From: a virus
Lineage: Duplodnaviria > Caudoviricetes
IMG/VR virus record: IMGVR_UViG_3300044454_000146
Location: 1 to 46,647 of that record
Length of the DNA: 46,647 nucleotides
Reading direction: 5' to 3' (one strand)
Shown: positions 8,542-16,261 of the stretch, piece after piece
How the letters are laid out: the number at the start of each line of letters is the position of its first letter
Position numbering within the stretch: the first letter of the stretch is position 1
The notes under the pieces: model-generated
The model's input: only the letters and a program-made list of their open reading frames with translations
Databases searched by the model: none
What the model was told of the DNA's origin: nothing
Position numbers and translations under genes: made by a program

Positions 8542-9617
8542 GCGATACCACCACCACCACCACCACCACCACCGATCTGCTGGGGGTCGCGGACCAGCAG
8601 GCGCTCGATCGCTGCGAGGCGGTGATCGCGCGCGGTGTCCAGACGTTTATCGAAGTCGGCGAAGCGCTGGCTGAGATTCGGAAAGGGAAACTCTATCGGG
8701 CCGAACACCGCACGTTTGAGGACTACTGCCGCGATCGGTGGGGGATTGGTCGCGGGCGCGCCTATCAGCTCATGGGCGCCGCCGAGATTGCCGGGAATTT
8801 GTCTACAATTGTAGACATTTTGCCCGCGAACGAAGCCCAGGCGCGCCCGCTCGCGGGCCTGCCACCCGAACAGCAGCGGCAGGCCTGGCAGCAGGCGAGC
8901 GCGTCGACGGACGGCAAGCCCACGGCGAAAGCCGTGCAGCAGGCGGTCGAGCAGATCACGTCACCGCCCGCTCCCTTCTGGCAATCCATGAGCCCGGCTC
9001 ACCAGACCGCCCACCTCTGGACGCGCACCGGTATGTACTCCTACCGCGCGGCATGCGGCATGACCGCGCAGCGCGCGCCGGCCGGCAGGACCGAGGCCGG
9101 CCATTGTAGTAGCTGCGTGCGCGCGACATGGAACGCAGACAAGGTCGAGCCGCCCGCCGATGATGTGACTGATCGGCTGGAGCGCATGGAGGATCAGGCC
9201 GAGTACAATGATGCGCACACCGATCTGATCGTCGGCCAGCGCAGCGATCCCCATCAGCCCGACCCAGCGGAGCCGCCGCCGGCCGATCCGTCATCCTCCT
9301 GGACCGCGGCTCAGTATGCCGAGCTTGCGCGCGCAGACCAGGAGACTCTGGCGCTGGCCGAGACTGAGATAGAGCGTGGCAACGTCGCCGACGCGCGGCA
9401 GCTGCTTGAGCGCGTGCAGGTTGTGACCGCCCGTCGCGATCATCTGCTCGCACGACTCGATCCGATCCCGGTCTTCCCGGCGCTGACCGCGCTGGAGTGC
9501 AAGGCGCTGATCCGGGAGGCGAAAGACTTTATCGAGCGCGGTGCGGATCGGCGCTGGCCGACGATCGGGCACGCGCTGCGCATCGCCGCCCGCATGGCGC
9601 TCGAAGCGACGGAGTGA
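8538..9617 (+). CDS. DUF3102-like N-terminal domain protein
   Basis: FIEVGEALAEIR...LYR...TFEDYCRDRWG...NEAQARPL; GGAGG SD; N-terminal poly-Thr from an ACC repeat. Confidence 0.8.
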   Translation: MSDTTTTTTTTTDLLGVADQQALDRCEAVIARGVQTFIEVGEALAEIRKGKLYRAEHRTFEDYCRDRWGIGRGRAYQLMGAAEIAGNLSTIVDILPANEAQARPLAGLPPEQQRQAWQQASASTDGKPTAKAVQQAVEQITSPPAPFWQSMSPAHQTAHLWTRTGMYSYRAACGMTAQRAPAGRTEAGHCSSCVRATWNADKVEPPADDVTDRLERMEDQAEYNDAHTDLIVGQRSDPHQPDPAEPPPADPSSSWTAAQYAELARADQETLALAETEIERGNVADARQLLERVQVVTARRDHLLARLDPIPVFPALTALECKALIREAKDFIERGADRRWPTIGHALRIAARMALEATE

Positions 9618-9644
9618 TATGGCACAAGGACGACAAAGGAGCCT

Positions 9645-9863
9645 ATGATGCGTGAGGAAATCGCCGCGGCCGACGCCAACCTGGACGAGATCGCGCGGCT
9701 GATCGAAGCGATGGAGTATCTGCTCGATGATCTGTGGGAGGCGCGGCAGCTGCTCAGCCGGATCGACCATTACCTGAGCGTGATGGATGCGCAGCCTCCG
9801 CAGCCACGGCGCATCACCGCGCGGCTGCTCCAGATCCAGATCGCCGCGTGGCGCGACACATAA
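9645..9863 (+). CDS. Hypothetical helical protein
   Basis: AAAGGAG SD, 72 aa. Confidence 0.65.
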   Translation: MMREEIAAADANLDEIARLIEAMEYLLDDLWEARQLLSRIDHYLSVMDAQPPQPRRITARLLQIQIAAWRDT

Positions 9864-9876
9864 AGGAGGATTTCCA

Positions 9877-10470
9877 ATGACCACCACCCCCATGCTCGCG
9901 CGCGACCCGATCGCGCGCCTCACCTTTCTCGTTTGTACCGGCTTCGTGGCGTGGCTCGGCTTCTCTACCACGTCTGACGGATCGTTCATCCCCATGCGAT
10001 TTCCCGATCCTGCCATGGGGACCGGACTTGCGTACTATCTCGTTGTCGTGATCGTGTTCCTGATGGCCTACACCCGGATGGAGATCGATAAGGCGGCGCG
10101 ACGAAGCATCGTCCCCCGCGAGCGGCGCGATCCGATAGGAAAGGCTTTTTGTTCCTTAACTGGGACTCCCTATTCGGTGCTGGAATCATGGAGCGCCCGC
10201 AAGCGTGACCCCATCGTGGAGATACAGCCGAACCATCCTCTACCGATCGATTACACCACACCAGGCGTCAAGGTTCGCCCCGGACATCGGTTTGCCATCT
10301 TGAAGCGTGATGGCTATCGTTGCCAGCTATGCAGGCGCACCGCGAGCGAGGGAGCGCGACTGGAGGTTGATCACACGATCGCGCGAGCCAAAGGGGGCAC
10401 GAATACCCCCGATAATCTCTGGACACTTTGTGCTACCTGTAATCGTGGCAAAAGCGACTCGTCGCTCTAA
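9877..10470 (+). CDS. HNH (McrA-like) endonuclease with two N-terminal TM segments
   Basis: AAAGGAGG SD; RFAILKRDGYRCQLC...LEVDH...GG...NLWTLCATCNRGKS. Confidence 0.85.
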   Translation: MTTTPMLARDPIARLTFLVCTGFVAWLGFSTTSDGSFIPMRFPDPAMGTGLAYYLVVVIVFLMAYTRMEIDKAARRSIVPRERRDPIGKAFCSLTGTPYSVLESWSARKRDPIVEIQPNHPLPIDYTTPGVKVRPGHRFAILKRDGYRCQLCRRTASEGARLEVDHTIARAKGGTNTPDNLWTLCATCNRGKSDSSL

Positions 10471-10480
10471 GGAGGATTCC

Positions 10481-11005
10481 ATGACAACTGACACGCGCCC
10501 GCACTCGCCAATCGCAACCTTTTTTAATTGGGCTTTCAGCCTGATCGCCGTCGCCGCGATCCTGGTGTTCCTGTTCATCATGTGGCCGGTCGTCGTCGCG
10601 CGATTTACGGGACAACTGGAGGCGCCCGCACTCGCGCCGGCGACGGCCGTGGTGCGCCCGCCGGTCGTGCGCCAGCCAATTGAGGATACGCGGCGCGAGC
10701 CTGCCGCCATCCCCGGCATCGCACAAAACGAGGCGACGGCCACCGCACAGTACAACGCGGCCGTCCAAGAGGCGCAGCACGGCGCGATCGTGCTGCCGGA
10801 GAATGATAGCGCGCCAGTCCTGCGGATTCAGGAGCAGAGCGACCGACAGCCGGCCGGCGACAACGTGCCGGTGGCCGAACCGATCGAAGCCGGCACCGCG
10901 CCTGTGGTGAACATTCAGGAGACGCACGCGTGCAAGCATGGACAGGTTTGGACCGAGTTCGGTTGTAAGAATCCGGAGGGCAAGGGGAGCAAAGCCACGC
11001 CATGA
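10481..11005 (+). CDS. Single-TM protein with a C-terminal Cys pair
   Basis: AAGGAGG SD; FSLIAVAAILVFLFIMWPVVV; CKHGQVWTEFGC. Confidence 0.75.
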   Translation: MTTDTRPHSPIATFFNWAFSLIAVAAILVFLFIMWPVVVARFTGQLEAPALAPATAVVRPPVVRQPIEDTRREPAAIPGIAQNEATATAQYNAAVQEAQHGAIVLPENDSAPVLRIQEQSDRQPAGDNVPVAEPIEAGTAPVVNIQETHACKHGQVWTEFGCKNPEGKGSKATP

Positions 11006-11454
11006 GTAAAGCACTCGCTGGACCAAGGAAGCCATCGGCGATCGTCAGTCGTGCCACACTCGATCGCCAGCGCGGCGCGTTTGAGCGCTTCTCCGCGCTT
11101 ATGCTGCTCCTCTTGTCGTTCGCTGGCACGATCGCGGCGCTGTCGGGGGGCTGGACCGCGCTTCGCACCGATCCGCGTATGGCGCCGATCGTGGGCGGCA
11201 TCGCGGCCCAGATCGTCCTCACGGCAACCGAATATTGGTATGGCGCCGGGCGCGGCCCCTGGCGCTATCGCGCCGCGCTATGCTGCGATGCTGTGCTGAC
11301 AACCCTTGGGTATGGCCCGCTGTTTGTTCCGTGGCTGACGGACTATCTGGCGGCGCATGGGACGGGGGAGTTGGCGCCCGCGCTCGCGTGGGCGATCGTT
11401 GGTGTTGCGGCGCTTCTCCTCGCCTGGTGGCCGGAAAAGACGCTGATAGACTGA
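11002..11454 (+). CDS. Multi-pass membrane protein (~4 TM)
   Basis: ATGA overlap; four hydrophobic stretches. Confidence 0.75.
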   Translation: MSKALAGPRKPSAIVSRATLDRQRGAFERFSALMLLLLSFAGTIAALSGGWTALRTDPRMAPIVGGIAAQIVLTATEYWYGAGRGPWRYRAALCCDAVLTTLGYGPLFVPWLTDYLAAHGTGELAPALAWAIVGVAALLLAWWPEKTLID

Positions 11455-11465
11455 GTGAGGCGCAT

Positions 11466-11891
11466 ATGCCGGATGACAAAACGATTGATTTTGTGGTGGC
11501 GTTCGTGAGTATCGGGATGCTCATCTTGGGCCTGGGGTCGGTCGCGCTCGGCTGGGTTGTCAAGATATACGATCGGATTATGTCACGCGGAATCGCACAG
11601 ACCGGACAGACCGCGCAGACAGACCAACAGACAGACCAGGTTTCTGAGGCCGATCAGTGGCTCGACCGACTTGAACTTGACAGAACGAAAACTGCCGTGA
11701 TTGAGCTATTGGTTTACAGTGGGTGGGAGGTTGGCCAGATCCGCAACGTGATCAAGGGTGACAATGGCGCGATCGGCGGTGAGATCGACGCTGCCCGCCG
11801 GAGGATGGGGATCGTGGATGCGCCGCGCGAATTGCGGGTGCGAGACGCGAAGGGCGAACGCATTATTCCGATGGAGGCGCGCGATGCGTAA
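11466..11891 (+). CDS. N-terminal TM protein with a possible C-terminal HTH-like domain
   Basis: GAGG SD; FVVAFVSIGMLILGLGSVALGWVV; QTxQT linker; SGWEVGQIRNVIKG. Confidence 0.7.
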   Translation: MPDDKTIDFVVAFVSIGMLILGLGSVALGWVVKIYDRIMSRGIAQTGQTAQTDQQTDQVSEADQWLDRLELDRTKTAVIELLVYSGWEVGQIRNVIKGDNGAIGGEIDAARRRMGIVDAPRELRVRDAKGERIIPMEARDA

Positions 11892-12108
11892 TGCTCACCC
11901 CGCGGGCGACGATCACTGGACTCGTCGCACCCCCGATCGCGTGCGGCGCGGGCCTGATAGCCACGCGGCAATACTGACTCATGCGGACAGAGCGGACATC
12001 CGGGCCGTGGTGGCTGCGCGCCCGGATGTCAATCGGTCCTGGCTGGCGCGCAAGTACGGCGTCAGCCGGGTCACGATCTGGCGCGTGACCAAAGATATGG
12101 CGTCCTGA
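11884..12108 (+). CDS. Small HTH protein (homing-endonuclease-associated type)
   Basis: GGAGG SD; GDDHWTRRTPDRVRRG...WLARKYGVSRVTIWR. Confidence 0.8.
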   Translation: MRNAHPAGDDHWTRRTPDRVRRGPDSHAAILTHADRADIRAVVAARPDVNRSWLARKYGVSRVTIWRVTKDMAS

Positions 12109-12120
12109 CGTCCTAAACAC

Positions 12121-12149
12121 TTGCTTTAGCACATCTTTTCTGGTATAAT
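12121..12149 (+). promoter_or_regulatory. Sigma70-type promoter for the HNH gene
   Basis: TTGCTT-N17-TATAAT with TGn extension; 11-bp hairpin at 12152-12180 just downstream. Confidence 0.75.
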
Positions 12150-12211
12150 AAAGGTGCGGGCGTATCGAGCGCCCGCACCTCCTATTCGATACTATGAAGG
12201 AGTACCGAATC

Positions 12212-12907
12212 ATGTCAAGTATATCACGCCGACAGTCCGGTGATCAGCATTGGACCCGCCGCACCCCCGATCGAGTCAAGCGTGGCGTGGCCAGTCACGC
12301 GGCGAAACTTAGCGAACAAGACATTGCCGATATTCATGTGATCGTTGCGGACAACCCTCGGGTTAATCTGTCCTGGCTCGCGCGTAAGTACGGGGTCAGC
12401 CGGATCACTATATGGCGGCACCTCACGTTTCAAGCAGCCCCGCCCCCACCCTGTGCTAGTATCCCACCTCACCACGACTGGCCTGTTGTATTCCAGTCCA
12501 GTGAGGCGAATTCAACACCCGACATCCCGACATTCCCGCCATCCGTGAGATTACCTTTTGAACAAACAGATGCAGAGCAGATCGCGGATCGTTTTTGGCG
12601 ACATGTTGATCAGTCCGGTGATTGCTGGGTATGGACAGGAACTCGCGATCGCGATGGGTATGGGCGAGTCCGTATCGGAAGGATAAACCGAAAAGCACAT
12701 CGGATTGCCTATCAACTCGTCAACGGTCCATTTGATCCACATCTCCTTATTCGCCACCGCTGCGATAACCCGGCGTGTGTGCGACCCGATCACCTCGTTC
12801 CGGGCACACACCACGATAATACGCAAGACCGGCGTGATCGTGGTCGCATGCCGCTCGGAGATGATCACTGGACGCGCCAGCGCGGGATAAGATATGGATC
12901 AAAATAG
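12212..12907 (+). CDS. HNH_3 (His-Me finger) homing endonuclease with N-terminal HTH
   Basis: FWRHVD..GDCWVWTG...GYG...AHRIAY...RHRCDNPACVRPDHL..GT..DN; AAGGAG SD; lower GC than flanks. Confidence 0.9.
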   Translation: MSSISRRQSGDQHWTRRTPDRVKRGVASHAAKLSEQDIADIHVIVADNPRVNLSWLARKYGVSRITIWRHLTFQAAPPPPCASIPPHHDWPVVFQSSEANSTPDIPTFPPSVRLPFEQTDAEQIADRFWRHVDQSGDCWVWTGTRDRDGYGRVRIGRINRKAHRIAYQLVNGPFDPHLLIRHRCDNPACVRPDHLVPGTHHDNTQDRRDRGRMPLGDDHWTRQRGIRYGSK

Positions 12908-12938
12908 GCGCACGTGTTACTAGCAGAAGGATCCTCCA

Positions 12939-13052
12939 ATGGACATTCCCACAAACCCCGGCGCCGTCGCACTCGGCTGTCTGTTGATCTGGGGCTTTTT
13001 GTGCGGCATCGCGGCGACGCTGATCGTGCTGGCCGTGCTGCGGGTGATCTAG
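12939..13052 (+). CDS. 37-aa membrane peptide
   Basis: AGAAGGA SD; MDIPTNPGAVALGCLLIWGFLCGIAATLIVLAVLRVI; ends 3 bp from the convergent gene. Confidence 0.55.
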   Translation: MDIPTNPGAVALGCLLIWGFLCGIAATLIVLAVLRVI

Positions 13053-13055
13053 GGG

Positions 13056-14855
13056 CTATTTCTGCTGAACTTGCTGCCACCAGGGCGTCGTCACCCAGCT
13101 GGGCGGCGCGGCCTTGGAGAGCATCGCTGTGAGGGACGGCAGCGGGGTCAGCGGCTCGACCGTCAGCGTGCGCGCGATCACATCGCAGCTCGTGCGGGCG
13201 ATCCGGAAGGTGCGGATCTGGTCGATGTCAATGGAGAGCGTCGGCGGCAGGTTGCGGATCACGATCGTGTCGCCGGCGCGCGGCAGCCAGATCGGCGCCG
13301 AAGCGCCTGTGACCGTGAAGATGCGGTCAAAGGTGATCCCGAACCTGGGCGGTGGATCGTCCTGGTCGTTCAGCACCGCGTCCCGCTGCACGTTCGCCTG
13401 CGTGAGACTCGTGGTCGAGACGTTCACCGCCTGCCGCCGCGTCAGGCCGTAGCGCGTCACACTGGTGGAGACTGCGGAAACCGATCCGCGCAGCGGCCGC
13501 CCGCCGGCCTCCTGATACACCGCGTAGGCGCTGTTGACGAGCTGATCAATGGTGCGCTGCAACTCCAGCGCGCTGATGTCCACGTACCACGTCCGCGCGT
13601 TCGTCCCCTCCGGCTGAAAGAAGAGCAGCTGCGCATCGTATACCCCCCACTCCCACTGCCGCGGGGGCGTTTGATTGTCCCCCAGTCCAATCAGGTGATC
13701 GAGGATCGCGTTCGGCAGCATGTCTTCGTAGCGCTCGTCGAGGAGATCCAGCGCGGGCGACTGGACCTGGACAGTGCTACTGGAGAGCTGCGTGCTGTTC
13801 AGCGCTGCGACGGTGCTAATCAGATCCTTGACAATCTCATCGGCATACACAATATGCGCCTGGACGTTCACGCCGGCCCCGATCGCGGCGGACAGATCGG
13901 CGACAAAATGCGTGCTGTCTGGGACGCTGCTGACGATTGCTGCGAAGCCGTTCGCCGCCGGGATGCCGATGTGCAGCCGCTGCCCGACGTACATCCGCGC
14001 GCTCGTCACCACGGGGACGCTCACGCCCGCGCCCGCCCCGACCGCGCCCGTCGTCGTCGTGTCAACCTTGTTGGCCGTGGTCGTGACCAGGCGCACGTTG
14101 GTGATAATGACCTGCCAGACGTTCGGCGCATTGTTGACCAGATAGTTGCCGCCTGTGTTGTTGATAACGCCAATATTGATATAGTCACATCCGGCAAAGG
14201 TGTAGAACTTATTCAGCACGGTCGTGGCGCCGCCGCTCGTGAAAATAGTGGTTGGGACGACCCCCGTCCATCCGCTTTGGTATTGATTGAAATAAAAGAG
14301 CCAGTTCGCCGGCAGCGTACATACGGCATCGAACATCATGCCGATAATCTGCCGGCTGCCGCCCTCTGGCTTTTGATAGACGACCGCGCCGATATTCGCC
14401 GCGCCTCCTGATGTATAAACTTGTCCCTGTGGCAACGAAATGGCGATGCGATTGTTTGTGTCGATCGCATATTGCGCAGGCGAAAACGCGGCGAGATCAC
14501 TTTCTGTCGCCGGCCGAAACTTCGAGACATCCGTGACCGACCACAGCGCCGTATACGGGCTGTCACTGAGTGCCCGCTGATACCCGAACGCAGTCATATC
14601 GACCCCGTCCGTGCGAATCGATGTGTCTTCCACGCGGCCCTGAAACGGCGCGGCCGCCCCGTCCGTGATCAGCGCGTGCGGCAGCCCCGCGCGATCGTAG
14701 CGCTCAAATGCGGCCGGCAGCGCAATGGCCGCCGACACCTGACATGCCTCATAGCCGTGCGCGCCCGTGGAAAAGGTGCAGCGCGTCAGGCGCGACGTGA
14801 GATCGGGCTGCGTCGTGCCGCCCGGCTGGTCCTGGATGGTCAGCGCGAGCGTCAC
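13056..14855 (-). CDS. Tail tip/baseplate hub (Tal-like) protein with an inserted beta-rich domain
   Basis: Second gene after the TMP; GTG 14855 overlaps the upstream stop; C-terminal RAGDTIVIRNL...TFRIART. Confidence 0.7.
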   Translation of the reverse strand: MTLALTIQDQPGGTTQPDLTSRLTRCTFSTGAHGYEACQVSAAIALPAAFERYDRAGLPHALITDGAAAPFQGRVEDTSIRTDGVDMTAFGYQRALSDSPYTALWSVTDVSKFRPATESDLAAFSPAQYAIDTNNRIAISLPQGQVYTSGGAANIGAVVYQKPEGGSRQIIGMMFDAVCTLPANWLFYFNQYQSGWTGVVPTTIFTSGGATTVLNKFYTFAGCDYINIGVINNTGGNYLVNNAPNVWQVIITNVRLVTTTANKVDTTTTGAVGAGAGVSVPVVTSARMYVGQRLHIGIPAANGFAAIVSSVPDSTHFVADLSAAIGAGVNVQAHIVYADEIVKDLISTVAALNSTQLSSSTVQVQSPALDLLDERYEDMLPNAILDHLIGLGDNQTPPRQWEWGVYDAQLLFFQPEGTNARTWYVDISALELQRTIDQLVNSAYAVYQEAGGRPLRGSVSAVSTSVTRYGLTRRQAVNVSTTSLTQANVQRDAVLNDQDDPPPRFGITFDRIFTVTGASAPIWLPRAGDTIVIRNLPPTLSIDIDQIRTFRIARTSCDVIARTLTVEPLTPLPSLTAMLSKAAPPSWVTTPWWQQVQQK

Positions 14856-16261
14856 TGGGGCACCACATACGGCGCGCGGCGCGAGTACGCGAGCGTGAAG
14901 CTGATCGCGGCGGCGAGCGTGGTGTCCCACGGCCGCCAGAACGCCCCGTCGGTCGAGAGCCACATGCCGGTCATAATCGCCTCTTTGGTCACGAGAAACG
15001 GATCACCGACGATCGACCATGGCTCATCCGTGCCGCCACTCGCCTCCGATCCGGTGACGCGCGCGGCAACCTCGCTCAGATTCTTCGGATCGTAGGTCAC
15101 AGTGACGGCGCTCGCGGCGGCCGCGCCCGTGAATGGCGTGTAGCTGTTCGGGTCGATCACGGTCGCCACCACCCGCGCGTCGGGCGCGTTGTTCAGCGCC
15201 ACGCACACCACGTAGTCCAGATCGATCGTGACCGGGTTGTCCAGCCAGCTCGTGACGATCATGACCTTCGTGAACGGCGACGGCGTATCGATGATGCCGA
15301 GAAAGACGATCTGTGGATAGTTTGGGACACCAAAAAAGGTGTAGTCGATCGGCACGATCGGTCCGGAGGTAAAAAACGCGTTGCGAAACAGCAGTGTCCA
15401 CATCGAAATTGGATTCGTCGGCGTGCCGTTGACGCGGATCGCCGCGAAGACCGCCACCTGATAGGCGTTCGCGGCGAACGGTGCGGCAAACGTCGACTCC
15501 AGCTGGAGCTGCGCCGGCGCGGCGCTCATCCGCATCACATTGCCGCCCGAGGCGTGCGCCGCCGCGTCGGCGGTGACGGTCGCGGTGCCCGTGCCAGTCT
15601 TGGTCATCGCCTCGCCCTCGATCACCACAATCCGGTTCTGCGGCGCGACGATCAGATAGCCCACCTGGAGACTGAGCACGGCGCGCACCAGCGGCCCCGT
15701 CAGCGTCACGACCGTGGGCGAGAAGGTGTTCACCCCCCCAGCGGCAAACGTGGCTGAGAGGATCGCCGGCATCGCCGACGAGCCGCTCGTCGCGGTCTGC
15801 GTCGCGCCGAACCACGTCGGGCCGCGCACGAACTGGAGCTGGATGTGCTGGACGACGTACTTGCCAAACAGCTCGCTCCAGACGGGCGGCAGCGTGAGAG
15901 ATGGCGGCGCGGCTCTGGCCCTCCCGCGGACCAGCGCGACGAGCGGCGAGGTGATGGTTGAGTCTTGCGCCGTCGCGCGGATCTGCACCGCCGTCACCCG
16001 CTCCCCGTCCCACCAGCGCCGCGCCTGGTCGAGCAAGGTGTTGAGCTTCTCGGCGGCGGCGTAGGCCAGTGCGGCGGTCGTTCCCATCGCATGCACCGTG
16101 ATCGTGTCCGTCACCTCCTGGTACGGCCCCGCCCCACCCAGCAGGCTGTCGCGGAGCGGCGCGACGCCGGGCGCGTAGGAGACCAGCGCATAGTCGACGC
16201 CGTTCGTCAGCTCGCACGCGGTCGCCACCGTGCCGTCCGTGATTTCGAGAAAGCTAAACAT
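14852..16261 (-). CDS. Distal tail (Dit-like) protein with an added putative carbohydrate-binding domain
   Basis: Immediately follows the TMP; IEGEAM...AHASGGNV resembles a CBM6/35-like start. Confidence 0.65.
   Translation of the reverse strand: MFSFLEITDGTVATACELTNGVDYALVSYAPGVAPLRDSLLGGAGPYQEVTDTITVHAMGTTAALAYAAAEKLNTLLDQARRWWDGERVTAVQIRATAQDSTITSPLVALVRGRARAAPPSLTLPPVWSELFGKYVVQHIQLQFVRGPTWFGATQTATSGSSAMPAILSATFAAGGVNTFSPTVVTLTGPLVRAVLSLQVGYLIVAPQNRIVVIEGEAMTKTGTGTATVTADAAAHASGGNVMRMSAAPAQLQLESTFAAPFAANAYQVAVFAAIRVNGTPTNPISMWTLLFRNAFFTSGPIVPIDYTFFGVPNYPQIVFLGIIDTPSPFTKVMIVTSWLDNPVTIDLDYVVCVALNNAPDARVVATVIDPNSYTPFTGAAAASAVTVTYDPKNLSEVAARVTGSEASGGTDEPWSIVGDPFLVTKEAIMTGMWLSTDGAFWRPWDTTLAAAISFTLAYSRRAPYVVPQ

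Noticed and set aside
12950-13003. Terminator-like CACAAACCCC...GGGGCTTTTTGTG
   Set aside because: Imperfect stem with a long loop, lying inside a plausible 37-aa membrane ORF
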